DNA of 63,426 bases, from assembly GCA_900317095.1 (NCBI GenBank), contig ONFL01000035.1, positions 1-63,426 of the forward strand. Direction: 5' to 3'. Of the stretch, positions 8,782 through 17,874 are shown piece after piece. The translations under genes and the position numbers were made by a program. Each line of letters begins with the position of its first letter. Position 1 is the stretch's first letter. The stretch comes from an uncultured Eubacteriales bacterium (GTDB lineage: Bacteria; Bacillota; Clostridia; Lachnospirales; Lachnospiraceae). The notes beneath the pieces are model-generated. The model was not told the origin of the DNA, ran no database searches, and saw only the letters and a list, made by a program, of their open reading frames with translations.

Positions 8782-10512
8782 ATGAAGAAAGTTTTTCCGG
8801 TTGTGATCGTGCTGGTGCTGATCGCTGTGATCGGCGGCATTGTCGTCAAAGACATCTACGACAGAAAGTATGCTCCCTCGAAGGAGTTCCTGGATTACGC
8901 GTCTGAGCTTGGCCTGGGAGCAGATGAGTACAGCATCACCCTCAATGACGAACTGCTGGACAGCAGCCGCCTCGGCATCAGCGTGGACGGTCATGTTTAT
9001 CTGGACGCGGATACGGTCATGGAATCTGTGAACAGCCGTTTTTACTATGACCAGAATGAGAATATTCTCATATACTCTTTCCCGACAGCCATGAATCTGT
9101 ATACACCGGATCAGACAGCCTATACTGTTAAGAGCTGGGCGGGAGAGGAGCAGAAGGATTCCGGCCGGCCGGCCGCGGTGACAAAGAACGGAAAGCTTTA
9201 TATAGACGCTGATCTTGTGCAGGAGAATACACAGATGGACTATAAAGCCTCCACTGAGCCCAACCGGATCATGATCCGCACACAGTGGGGGAGCTGCCAG
9301 ACTGTCACAGCCGGGAAGGAGACCGCGATCCGTTATAAGGGCGGTGTAAAGAGCAGCATCCTGCGCATGGCGCAGGAAGGGGAGCAGTTCCATCTTCTGG
9401 CCGAATATGATAAATGGTACAATGTCGCGTCCGATGACGGATTTATAGGATGGATCGCGAAGAAGGACGCGGGGGATCCGCAGGAAGCGCAGACTGAGGC
9501 GCCTGCATTTGAGGCGCCCCAATACACCAGTATAAAGGAAGATCATAAGATCGATATGGCCTGGCATCAGGTTACCAACACTTCTGCCAACAGCAGCATC
9601 GCGCAGGTGCTGGGGACAGCACCGGGCATCAATACGATCTCGCCTACCTGGTTTTATCTGGCAGATACCCAGGGAAAGCTGGGATCTATCGCCAGTTCTT
9701 CCTATGTACAGACCTGCCACAAGGCAGGGATCAAGGTCTGGGCCCTGCTGTCCAATGAATTCCCGAACGGGGACACGCGGTCCTTTGATTCTGCAAAGAC
9801 GGACGAGGTGCTGGGATATACATCAAAAAGACAGACTCTGATCCGGCAGGTCATAGCGGCGGTAAAAAGCTGCGGTGCTGACGGGATTAATCTGGACTTT
9901 GAGAGTATAGACGAGGCAGGCGCGGATGATTATGTGGAATTTGTCCGGGAACTGTCCATAGCCTGCCGGGCTGAGAAGATCATTCTTTCAGTAGACAATT
10001 ATGTTCCGAAATATACCTGGTATTACAACCGCCGTGAGCAGGGTGTCGTGGCCGATTATGTGGTGATCATGGGTTATGATGAGAATACTGCCGGCAGTCA
10101 GGCTCCGGGTCCTGTCGCTTCCTACAGCTTTGTCAAGGAAGGGATAGAGGATACGCTGAAAGTAGTTGACAAGAGCAAGGTCATCAATGGTATTCCCTTC
10201 TATTCCAGGGTATGGAGTACGGCAGCGGACGGCAGCATTTCCTCCTTTGCCTGCGGTATGACAGAAGCACAGTCTTATCTGACAGATCACAATGTGACCG
10301 CGCAGAGGCAGGAGAGCACCGGATTGAATTACGGGAAGTATGTTTCGGACAAGGACGGAGCGACCTATGAGATATGGCTGCAGGATAAAGATTCTGTCCA
10401 GGATGAGGTTTCTCTGATCCGGGACTATGATCTTGCCGGGGTGGCTGCCTGGAAGATCGGATTCGAAAGCGGGACCGACATCTGGGATGTAACCGCCCAG
10501 GTATTGAAGTAG
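8782..10512 (+). CDS. Glycoside hydrolase family 18 protein with signal-anchor and SH3b-like domain (YdhD/YaaH-like peptidoglycan hydrolase)
   Basis: N-terminal TM helix. SH3b-like segment (HLLAEYDKWYNVASDDGFIGWIAKKD). GH18 catalytic motif GINLDFE (DxxDxDxE type) within a TIM-barrel-length C-domain. Confidence 0.8.
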   Translation: MKKVFPVVIVLVLIAVIGGIVVKDIYDRKYAPSKEFLDYASELGLGADEYSITLNDELLDSSRLGISVDGHVYLDADTVMESVNSRFYYDQNENILIYSFPTAMNLYTPDQTAYTVKSWAGEEQKDSGRPAAVTKNGKLYIDADLVQENTQMDYKASTEPNRIMIRTQWGSCQTVTAGKETAIRYKGGVKSSILRMAQEGEQFHLLAEYDKWYNVASDDGFIGWIAKKDAGDPQEAQTEAPAFEAPQYTSIKEDHKIDMAWHQVTNTSANSSIAQVLGTAPGINTISPTWFYLADTQGKLGSIASSSYVQTCHKAGIKVWALLSNEFPNGDTRSFDSAKTDEVLGYTSKRQTLIRQVIAAVKSCGADGINLDFESIDEAGADDYVEFVRELSIACRAEKIILSVDNYVPKYTWYYNRREQGVVADYVVIMGYDENTAGSQAPGPVASYSFVKEGIEDTLKVVDKSKVINGIPFYSRVWSTAADGSISSFACGMTEAQSYLTDHNVTAQRQESTGLNYGKYVSDKDGATYEIWLQDKDSVQDEVSLIRDYDLAGVAAWKIGFESGTDIWDVTAQVLK

Positions 10513-10546
10513 AGAAGATAGAAGAAGAGAAGATATTTATAAAAAA

Positions 10547-10578
10547 AGCAGTATCCGGACAAGCGGTACTGCTTTTTT
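10547..10578 (+). terminator. Rho-independent terminator after the GH18 gene
   Basis: Stem agcagta...tactgct followed by TTTTTT. Confidence 0.7.
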
Positions 10579-10636
10579 CATAGTGCCCGGGCGGCTCTTT
10601 ACCGGCGGGCCCGCGGGATGAACCACGGAAAAGGGT

Positions 10637-10664
10637 GCAGGCAGCTCACTAGTGAGCTGCCTGC
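10637..10664. repeat. 28-bp perfect palindrome gcaggcagctcaCTAGtgagctgcctgc
   Basis: Fully self-complementary including the central CTAG. No U-run follows, so it is not a canonical terminator. Confidence 0.8.
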
Positions 10665-11064
10665 GAGGGGAAGGTATATATTTAAAAAGGGGTTAAGATA
10701 ATGTCTTTTTATTGTCAGGACTTTGTTTTTTATTTCTCTTTCCTGATGTCATTATAATAGCACAGACCTGTCTATAATTGTTAACAAAAATACAAGAAAA
10801 TCAATCATTAAATTACGCAATTTGACAAACAAATGACAAAGACTAAAAGATTGAACAAGATAACGCATGATAAACAAGACATATACTGGGCAGTATTTGA
10901 AAGAGCAGAAAAAAATCTACAGGGGATTGTGAAAATACAGACGATAAAAGAATATGTTCTTGTTATTAATATCACAAATGTGTCTGCCGCTGTTAAAAAG
11001 GGTGGATTATTTACATTATTTATTTCTTCTGCTATAACTTAAGAAAGCTATGGAGGATAATAAA

Positions 11065-12162
11065 TTGAAATTTATACATACGGCGGATATTCACCTGGGA
11101 GCGGAGCCGGACAGCCTTATGCCCTGGTCCTCGGAGCGCAGCGGGGAGATAGAGGATACTTTTCAGCGCCTGCTGGAGAGAGCGGGACGGGAAGAGACAG
11201 ATTTACTGCTGATCGCAGGAGATCTTTTTCACCGTCAGCCCCGGCAGAGGGATCTCAAAGAGCTGGATTACTGGTTCTCACAGATCCCGCATGTTCAGAT
11301 AGTTATAATTGCCGGGAATCACGATTATATTGGCCCCCATTCTTTTTATAAAAATTTCAAATGGTCGGACAATGTGAGCTTTTTCCGGAAGAACCATCTT
11401 TCTTATATCTACCTGCGTGAGATCAATACGCTGGTATATGGTATGAGTTATGACCGCAGTGAGATCACGGAGCCTGTATATGACGGCATCCGCCCATTAA
11501 AGCGATTTGCGGACGGAAGGGCTGTTCCCATGGGCTGTATGCATATTCTGCTGGCTCACGGCGGCGACGCCAGGCATATTCCGATCAATAAGAAGAGACT
11601 GGATCATGCCGGTTTTGATTATGTGGCGATGGGCCATATCCATCATCCCTGGATCGGTGAGAGCGGGCGTATCGCCTACAGCGGATCATTAGAGCCGGTG
11701 ACTTCTGCGGATGAAGGGAAGCATGGCTATATCCGGGGAGAGATCCTGGGAGGGCAGACCAGGGTGGAATTTGTACCCTTTGCCAGCCGTTCTTATAAGA
11801 GCGAGGTCCTTGAGGTGGAACCGCAGATGACCATGCAGGAGATCGCGGACCGGGCGGCCGCCCTGGTAGATGCCGGCGGCCGGGACAATATTTATAAAAT
11901 TGCCCTGACCGGACGCAGAGCGGCAGATCTGCGGATAGAGCCCCGCTATATAAAGCGGTGCGGCCGGGTTCTGTCCGTGACAGATCATACGGTGCCGGAC
12001 TTTGACTATGACAGATTGGCTGCGGAAAACGAGGATAATATCATCGGCCAGTATATCAGGCAGGTCCAGGCTATGGACATCAGTGAAGCTATGAAACAGA
12101 AGACGCTGGACCTTGGAGTGTCGGCTCTTTATCTGACCGGAAGCGGGGAGGAAAGCTCATGA
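11065..12162 (+). CDS. SbcD/Mre11-family metallophosphoesterase DNA repair exonuclease (YhaO-like)
   Basis: (M)KFIHTADIHLGA motif I, GDLFH and GNHD motifs. TTG at 11065 lies 7 nt after GGAGGA; the ATG at 11050 is an alternative start. Confidence 0.85.
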   Translation: MKFIHTADIHLGAEPDSLMPWSSERSGEIEDTFQRLLERAGREETDLLLIAGDLFHRQPRQRDLKELDYWFSQIPHVQIVIIAGNHDYIGPHSFYKNFKWSDNVSFFRKNHLSYIYLREINTLVYGMSYDRSEITEPVYDGIRPLKRFADGRAVPMGCMHILLAHGGDARHIPINKKRLDHAGFDYVAMGHIHHPWIGESGRIAYSGSLEPVTSADEGKHGYIRGEILGGQTRVEFVPFASRSYKSEVLEVEPQMTMQEIADRAAALVDAGGRDNIYKIALTGRRAADLRIEPRYIKRCGRVLSVTDHTVPDFDYDRLAAENEDNIIGQYIRQVQAMDISEAMKQKTLDLGVSALYLTGSGEESS

Positions 12163-14168
12163 GGATTGAACAGGTCTGGCTGGACCATTTCGGAAAATTC
12201 CGGGATGAGCAGCTGAAGTTCGGGGAAGGGATCCATGTTATTTACGGCCCCAATGAGTCCGGTAAATCTACGATCCACGGCTTTATCCAGGCTATGCTTT
12301 TCGGAGCAGAGCGGCTGCGGGGGAGAGGAGCCGGCAGGGATGCCTACACCCGCTATCTGCCCTGGAATGGAAGCAGCCGTTATGAAGGCCGTATGACCAT
12401 CAGCAGACAGGACAGGCGCTGGCGCATTATCCGGGATTTTTCCAGGGACAGCGCGGACCTGAGCCTGATAGACCTTTCGAACAATAAGGATCTGGCGGCA
12501 GCCGGCAAGGATGTGACGGATATCTGCCCGGAGCTGACAGAGGGGAATTACCGCAATACGATCAGCATCGGACAGCTGAGCCTGATGCCGGAGGCCCGGT
12601 TTGCAGGGGAACTCCAGAGCTATATGGCTAATATTTCCATGACCGGGAGTGAGTCGGTGAATGTGGACCGGGCTCTGGACAGCCTGAAAAAAGAAAAGAA
12701 AAGGATCAGCGCCGCTCTGCCCGGGCAGGAGCTGGAGGCGGCGAAGGACAAGGCAGAGCAGCTTCGTGACCTTCTGGCCCGGGGGGGGCAGGTCGAAGAG
12801 CAGCTGCAGGATCTGCAGGACAGGAAGGCTCTTGCGGATGAAAAGATCCGCAGTCTGATGGATAAAGCCGAGCGGGGCGCCAGAAGCGGCCGGGAGGAGA
12901 AGGCCAGAGCCATAGCGCTGATCCAGCAGAATAATGATATTGCAAAGCGCTACAAAGAAAAGAAGGCCCAGCTCCAGAAGCTCAGACAGATGCAGAATTC
13001 CGGTTCGGCTGCAGCCGTGAACAGGGATATTTCCAGATGTGAGGATGACAGCAGCCAGCGCGATCAGCTGCTTGCCCGGAAAGAAGGCCTGGAAGAGACC
13101 GGTGGAGACCTGCTGAAGGGTTTGGCTCTTGCCCTGCCCTTTCTGGCGGCGGCAGTGCTGGTGTGGCTTTCTGGCAGCAGCATCGGCCTTTCCGGCCGTT
13201 CCGGAATGGTAACTGCCCTGATCCTGGCGGCAGCCGCGGTCCTCATGCTTGTGGTTAATCTCAGTTCCGGCTCCAGAAGACGCAGGAAGGTGCAGAAGAT
13301 AGAAGGACAGATCCAGGATATAGAGGCGGACATGCGGAAGATATTCGATCACTACGGTGTGCACTCTATTTCCGAGCTGCGGCGCGGGGCTGCCAGGGCC
13401 GGTTATACGGACACAGGCGCCGCAGAACAGTTAAAGGAGGAGCTTGAGAGCATCCGCAGAGAATATGATGCCCTGCAGGGGCCTCTGCGGCCCTACCTTG
13501 AGAAGTACGGAGACAGCATCACGCTGGATGACGATGTCGATCCCGCCGGACAGGCCGCGCTGAAGAAGCAGAAGAAGATATCGGAAGATCTGGCAGCCGG
13601 CATCGGGCAGCTGCAGTGGAAGCTGGAGCAGCTGGACCGGCATCGCAGAGAGCTCGCTCTTCTGGAGGACAGGATCCGGCAGATGGAGAAAAAGCAGAAG
13701 GAAGGCTATGATGATCTTATGGCGGCGGACCTGGCAGCCAATACCATCCGTGAACTGACAACGAAGATCCACGGAACATTCGGCGCAGGCCTCAATGAGG
13801 AAATATCGGATATGCTGCAGGAGATAACAGACGGCAGCCACGGCAGAATGACCATGGATAAGAATTTCAATATCCTTGTCGATGACGGGCGGCGGCCGGT
13901 CAGCCCCCAGCAGCTTTCTGCGGGAACATGCGACCTCATATACTTCGCGGTCCGTATATCTGTCAGCCGCATGATATTCCACGAAAAGATGCCGCTGATC
14001 CTTGATGACAGTTTCGCCCTCTTCGATGACGACCGTCTTCGAAGGACCCTGCTGTGGCTGTCAGCGCGGCAGGAACCGAGCCAGATCATTCTCTTTACCT
14101 GCCATCACAGGGAAGCGCGGATCCTGACGCAGGAGGGGATTCCATTTACCCTCCATGAACTGCAATAG
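12159..14168 (+). CDS. SbcC/Rad50-like AAA ATPase with long coiled coil (YhaN-like)
   Basis: N-terminal Walker A GPNESGKST. Long E/K/Q/R-rich coiled-coil region. C-terminal signature LSAGT and Walker B PLILDDSF. Start overlaps the sbcD-like stop by 4 nt. Confidence 0.85.
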   Translation: MRIEQVWLDHFGKFRDEQLKFGEGIHVIYGPNESGKSTIHGFIQAMLFGAERLRGRGAGRDAYTRYLPWNGSSRYEGRMTISRQDRRWRIIRDFSRDSADLSLIDLSNNKDLAAAGKDVTDICPELTEGNYRNTISIGQLSLMPEARFAGELQSYMANISMTGSESVNVDRALDSLKKEKKRISAALPGQELEAAKDKAEQLRDLLARGGQVEEQLQDLQDRKALADEKIRSLMDKAERGARSGREEKARAIALIQQNNDIAKRYKEKKAQLQKLRQMQNSGSAAAVNRDISRCEDDSSQRDQLLARKEGLEETGGDLLKGLALALPFLAAAVLVWLSGSSIGLSGRSGMVTALILAAAAVLMLVVNLSSGSRRRRKVQKIEGQIQDIEADMRKIFDHYGVHSISELRRGAARAGYTDTGAAEQLKEELESIRREYDALQGPLRPYLEKYGDSITLDDDVDPAGQAALKKQKKISEDLAAGIGQLQWKLEQLDRHRRELALLEDRIRQMEKKQKEGYDDLMAADLAANTIRELTTKIHGTFGAGLNEEISDMLQEITDGSHGRMTMDKNFNILVDDGRRPVSPQQLSAGTCDLIYFAVRISVSRMIFHEKMPLILDDSFALFDDDRLRRTLLWLSARQEPSQIILFTCHHREARILTQEGIPFTLHELQ

Positions 14169-14199
14169 AAAGCAGCCTGAACTTGCAGTATACATAAAA

Positions 14200-14236
14200 A
14201 AGGCGGATCCTTTGTTTTTCAAGGGATCCGCCTTTA
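14200..14236. terminator. Bidirectional terminator between convergent genes
   Basis: Stem aaggcggatcc.tt / aagggatccgcctt, flanked by an A-run and a T-run. Confidence 0.7.
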
Positions 14237-14258
14237 CTCTGTCCATCAGACAGATGAT

Positions 14259-15431
14259 TTATTTGTGGTAAATGTTATAGAAGTTCAGGGCCTCATGGAT
14301 CTTGGCGCTGGAGTCAAGCAGCGCGCTGATGGAGAGATTGTAGTTGAGCTTGTCTATAACCAGTGCCAGATACTTGCTGACATCTACGCTGACATAGTAG
14401 TCTCTCTTGAGAAGTTCTGGATTCTGGTAGATGGAATTGGTAGTCAGGACCTTATCAATGATGCCTTTCTCTTTGTATTCATCAAACAGGCTCATACCCT
14501 TTGTGAAGAGGCCGAAGGAAGCGGCACAGAAGACACGCCTTGCCTTGCGCTTCTTAAGCTGGGTCGCTACATCCAGCATGCTCTCGCCGGAGGCGATCAT
14601 GTCGTCCACGATCATGACATCCTTGCCTTCAACAGAGGAGCCAAGGAACTCATGGGCGACGATGGGGTTGCGTCCGTCTACAACTCTGGAGTAATCTCTT
14701 CTCTTATAGAACATGCCCATATCAAGGCCGAGAACATTGGAATAATAAACGGCTCTGTTCATGGCGCCCTCGTCCGGGCTGATGATCATCATATGGTTGG
14801 AGTCTACCTGCAGGTCGGGGATTTCATGGAAGAGCGCGCGGATAAACTGGTAAGTGGGCATCAGATTATCGAAGCCGCTGTTGGGGATGGCGTTCTGTAC
14901 CCGGGGATCATGTGCATCCAGGGTGACGATATTCTCAACACCCAGATTGTGAAGTTCCTGAAGCATATTGGCACAGTCCAGGGACTCTCTGCCGCTGCGC
15001 TTGTGCTGCCGGCTCTCATAGAGGAAAGGCATGATAACGTTGACACGCTTTGCCTTACCTGCCGCGGCAGTGATGATACGCTTGAGGTCGCCATAGTGAT
15101 CATCCGGCGACATATGATTCTCCTGGCCATACAGGTTATAGGTAATGGAATAATTGGTGACATCCACAAGAATATAAAGATCCATACCACGAATGGATTC
15201 AAGGATCGTTCCCTTGGCTTCACCGGAACCAAAACGGGAGCATTCTGCCTTTATGAGATAGCTGTCTTTTGTCTGAGGGCCTGCCGGATGCAGTACTGCA
15301 TCTCTCTCCTTACGCCAGTCAACAATATACTGATTGACCTTGTCTCCCAGAGCCGTGCAGCTCTGCATGGGAATGATTCCGATGTCCCCGACAGAAAGGG
15401 CGCCCTTGAATTCTTCAATATTCTGTGCCAT
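14259..15431 (-). CDS. prs: Ribose-phosphate pyrophosphokinase (long, about 390 aa form)
   Basis: MPFLYESRQHKR (PRPP synthetase ribose-5-P loop region) and the PRPP-binding motif VMIVDDMIASGESM. Confidence 0.85.
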   Translation of the reverse strand: MAQNIEEFKGALSVGDIGIIPMQSCTALGDKVNQYIVDWRKERDAVLHPAGPQTKDSYLIKAECSRFGSGEAKGTILESIRGMDLYILVDVTNYSITYNLYGQENHMSPDDHYGDLKRIITAAAGKAKRVNVIMPFLYESRQHKRSGRESLDCANMLQELHNLGVENIVTLDAHDPRVQNAIPNSGFDNLMPTYQFIRALFHEIPDLQVDSNHMMIISPDEGAMNRAVYYSNVLGLDMGMFYKRRDYSRVVDGRNPIVAHEFLGSSVEGKDVMIVDDMIASGESMLDVATQLKKRKARRVFCAASFGLFTKGMSLFDEYKEKGIIDKVLTTNSIYQNPELLKRDYYVSVDVSKYLALVIDKLNYNLSISALLDSSAKIHEALNFYNIYHK

Positions 15432-15522
15432 TGTTTACCTCCATGGTTTGTAATGTAATAACAAGTCTATTTATATAATAAAGGTCAACATGTGTCAAGA
15501 TTTCCTCTGCCCGGAATGGCTT

Positions 15523-16521
15523 TTATTCGGAAATTGCCTTCAGGATCCGTATATCCTGGCCGTAGATCAACAGGGGTGTATAGCTGCTGCTGATCAGGCG
15601 GGAAGAGATGCGTTCACTGTAGCGCTCCTGGATCTGCTCGGGTGTGAGATTTGTTGAGATAACTGTGGATCTGCCGGCGGACAGCCGTTCGTTGATACAG
15701 TAAAAAAGCCTTGAATTGACGAAGGCGTTGTTGAGCTCTGTCCCCAGGTCATCTATGATCAGCAGATCACAGTCCAGGATCCGGTCCGCCGCGTCGGAAG
15801 GGAGATCCGGATCCGGTTCCTCGTCGGGCCGGAAGGCACGGCGCTCCATCAGATCTACCAGCCGCAGGCTTGTAAGGTAGAGTACCATGTGGGTGCTCTC
15901 GATCAGTTCCCGCGCAATGCAGTTGACAAGAAATGTCTTGCCGACGCCGGTATCGCCGTAGAGCAGAAGATTGCCGCCCTTTTTATCGAAATCACGGATA
16001 AATGACTTCACAGCGGCCAGTACATGTTCCATGTTGCGGCGGGGACTGATGCCCAGCGGGCCGCCTTCCTGGTCGGAGTAGTAGTCCATCCGGAATGTGT
16101 CAAGATTCTCTTTCTGCAGGATCTCCTGTATATTCGACTGCTCATAAAAGAGGTGAATAACTTCTTTTTTAAAACAGGAGCATTGCTGACTCCCCTGGTA
16201 GCCGGTATCATGGCAGAGAGGGCAGTCATATTTCTCTTCCAGATAGTCTGCCGGATAGCCTGCCTCTTCCAGAAGCTGCGCCTGCCGGCTGCGGATCAGC
16301 CGGGTCCGGGCCTCTATTCGGCTGCGGTCGGGCTTTCTGCCGAGGATAGCCGCCCTGGTCTGCTCCGCATAAACATGGTTCAGTTCCTGCTCCAGCTGAT
16401 CGTATTGCGGGAGCCTGCGGGCGATCTCTTCCCGGCGCTGATCCAGGGCGCGGCGGTTCATCTCCTGCCGCCGGTCATAGCGCCGCATGACCGCTGCATA
16501 TTGGGAATTGGAAAGTTTCAT
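15523..16521 (-). CDS. dnaI: DnaI/DnaC-like helicase loader ATPase
   Basis: Zn-finger-like CPLCHDTGY..QCSC. Walker A GDTGVGKTFL, Walker B DLLIIDDLGTE. Start overlaps the stop of the upstream DnaD-like gene by 4 nt. Confidence 0.8.
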   Translation of the reverse strand: MKLSNSQYAAVMRRYDRRQEMNRRALDQRREEIARRLPQYDQLEQELNHVYAEQTRAAILGRKPDRSRIEARTRLIRSRQAQLLEEAGYPADYLEEKYDCPLCHDTGYQGSQQCSCFKKEVIHLFYEQSNIQEILQKENLDTFRMDYYSDQEGGPLGISPRRNMEHVLAAVKSFIRDFDKKGGNLLLYGDTGVGKTFLVNCIARELIESTHMVLYLTSLRLVDLMERRAFRPDEEPDPDLPSDAADRILDCDLLIIDDLGTELNNAFVNSRLFYCINERLSAGRSTVISTNLTPEQIQERYSERISSRLISSSYTPLLIYGQDIRILKAISE

Positions 16522-17603
16522 GTTCTGGGTTCACCTCCTGCAGGTGCGGGATCGGCGGCTGCCTGCGACTGCTTGCGCAGCAGCTTTTCCTGAATGGCGG
16601 AATAATCCTGCCGCCGCTGGGAGAAGTTATGAAAACGGTTGGAGGCAGCACCGCTGCGGGGCTGCCTGCGGGCGGCAGCCTCCTGTGTCTTTGCAGGGCT
16701 CTTGGCTGTATGTACTTCATCCGCGGCCTTAACCTGATCCAGGGTATGGATGCCGGCCTTGTGCCAGCTTGTGAGGATGCGGTCAATGTAGGCGAAGCTG
16801 GGATCATGGATGGCGCGGATGGTCCTTCTGCAGGCTTCCTGTACAAGCTCGATGCTGAACTGGTAGTCCTGCATCCATTTACGGATGAACTGCATTTCCA
16901 CCGGAGCGGGACTGCGGCGGGTGAGCCCCAGTTCTTTCATGATCGTCCGGCAGTAGGAGCCGTGAAGCGTGGCTTCGAACCTGGCCTGCTCGACAGTAGT
17001 TACATGCCGGCTGTTCCATTCCAGCGCGACCCGTTCTATATAGCGCATACTTTTCTTGTCCATGGATACACAATACTCGAAGAGATAGTCTATCACGTCG
17101 TAGGGCAGAGCCAGATCATCATGGAAGTATGCTATCTTTTCCACATCCATGGGACTGAGCGTATGTCCCAGATACTGTTCAATGACGAGGCAGATCTGTC
17201 CGGCTTTCTGTTCGTCTTCTTCCTCTGCCGGACTGGTCAGGGCGGACTTCTCCCGCGGGAGCGGTCTGTCTGCCGCCGTTCCTTCATCCGAGATACGCGA
17301 GCAGGTGTCCGGTTTGAGACAGATGGAAGTGATGACGCCGCCTGCGTCAGCGCTCATCTCCAGTACGCCCAGACCCTGCCAGTAGTTCAGCGCACGCAGA
17401 ACATCGCCTTCCGTGATGTGGAAGGTATCCGCGATGCTTCCGATAGAAAGACTGTGTCCGCCTTCCTGGAGCATCCGCAGCAGATAGATATAGATCTTGA
17501 TAAATTCACCGCTGGCAGCGGGCAGATAGGTATCAAGAAAAGCGTTGGGAATCAGCGTACTGCCGCCCGGAGCGGCTGTAGTCAGTAGTATGGAATCGGA
17601 CAT
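16518..17603 (-). CDS. DnaD/DnaB-domain replication initiation protein
   Basis: N-terminal IPNAFLDTYLP.ASGEFIKIYIYLLR and DnaD-like repeats (..FHDDL.LP.DVIDYLFEYC, ..YIDRILTSWHKAGIHTL). Internal ATG at 17603. Upstream partner of the dnaI-like gene. Confidence 0.8.
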   Translation of the reverse strand: MSDSILLTTAAPGGSTLIPNAFLDTYLPAASGEFIKIYIYLLRMLQEGGHSLSIGSIADTFHITEGDVLRALNYWQGLGVLEMSADAGGVITSICLKPDTCSRISDEGTAADRPLPREKSALTSPAEEEDEQKAGQICLVIEQYLGHTLSPMDVEKIAYFHDDLALPYDVIDYLFEYCVSMDKKSMRYIERVALEWNSRHVTTVEQARFEATLHGSYCRTIMKELGLTRRSPAPVEMQFIRKWMQDYQFSIELVQEACRRTIRAIHDPSFAYIDRILTSWHKAGIHTLDQVKAADEVHTAKSPAKTQEAAARRQPRSGAASNRFHNFSQRRQDYSAIQEKLLRKQSQAAADPAPAGGEPRT

Positions 17604-17765
17604 GTTATACCTCGGTTTGCTTATGAAAAATGCAGGCTGAAAAGGCAGTCCCCCTCTGAAAAGCCGGGCTGCACTTTTTGTAATCGCCCAAAGTATAACA
17701 TAATTCCGGGTTTTTGAGAATAGGACCGTCTTTTGGGGAAAGAAGGAAAACGCTGCAGTGCACAT

Positions 17766-17874
17766 AGTGGATAAAATCAAAGAGTTCAGAAAATAAGCGG
17801 ATGCGCGGACAAAAAAATATCCACCGTCCGGAGGAGGGCTCCGCAGCCTTTCCGACGGTGGATAAAGTGGATAA
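17766..17874. promoter_or_regulatory. Cluster of DnaA-box-like 9-mers
   Basis: AGTGGATAA at 17766 and 17866, and GGTGGATAA at 17857, are each one mismatch from TGTGGATAA. ATATCCACC at 17817 is inverted with 2 mismatches. All lie upstream of the dnaD/dnaI-like operon. Confidence 0.4.
17811..17865 (-). terminator. Rho-independent terminator of murC
   Basis: On the minus strand, stem atccaccgtcgg...ccggacggtggat is followed by ATTTTTTT. Confidence 0.7.

Noticed and set aside
10833-11042. 69-aa ORF in the AT-rich island upstream of the sbcD-like gene.
   Set aside because: No RBS, and AT-rich composition unlike the surrounding genes. The predicted product is K/I/T-rich with no motif. I keep it only as part of the unexplained-island finding.
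12129-13364. 411-aa ORF antisense to the sbcD/sbcC-like junction, plus nested ORFs 12620-13333.
   Set aside because: They are opposite a coiled-coil-encoding region with biased codons. They have no RBS and no motifs, whereas the sense strand has Walker A/B and signature motifs.
14265-15458. 397-aa ORF covering the whole prs gene on the opposite strand.
   Set aside because: The minus-strand product has PRPP synthetase motifs, an RBS and a promoter. The plus-strand ORF has none and would lack a plausible start context.
16629-17588. 319-aa plus-strand ORF opposite the DnaD-like gene, and ORFs 16024-16593 and 16475-16846 around the dnaI/dnaD junction.
   Set aside because: The minus-strand products carry DnaD-domain and DnaI Walker motifs with coupled start/stop overlap. 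The opposite-strand ORFs are featureless.
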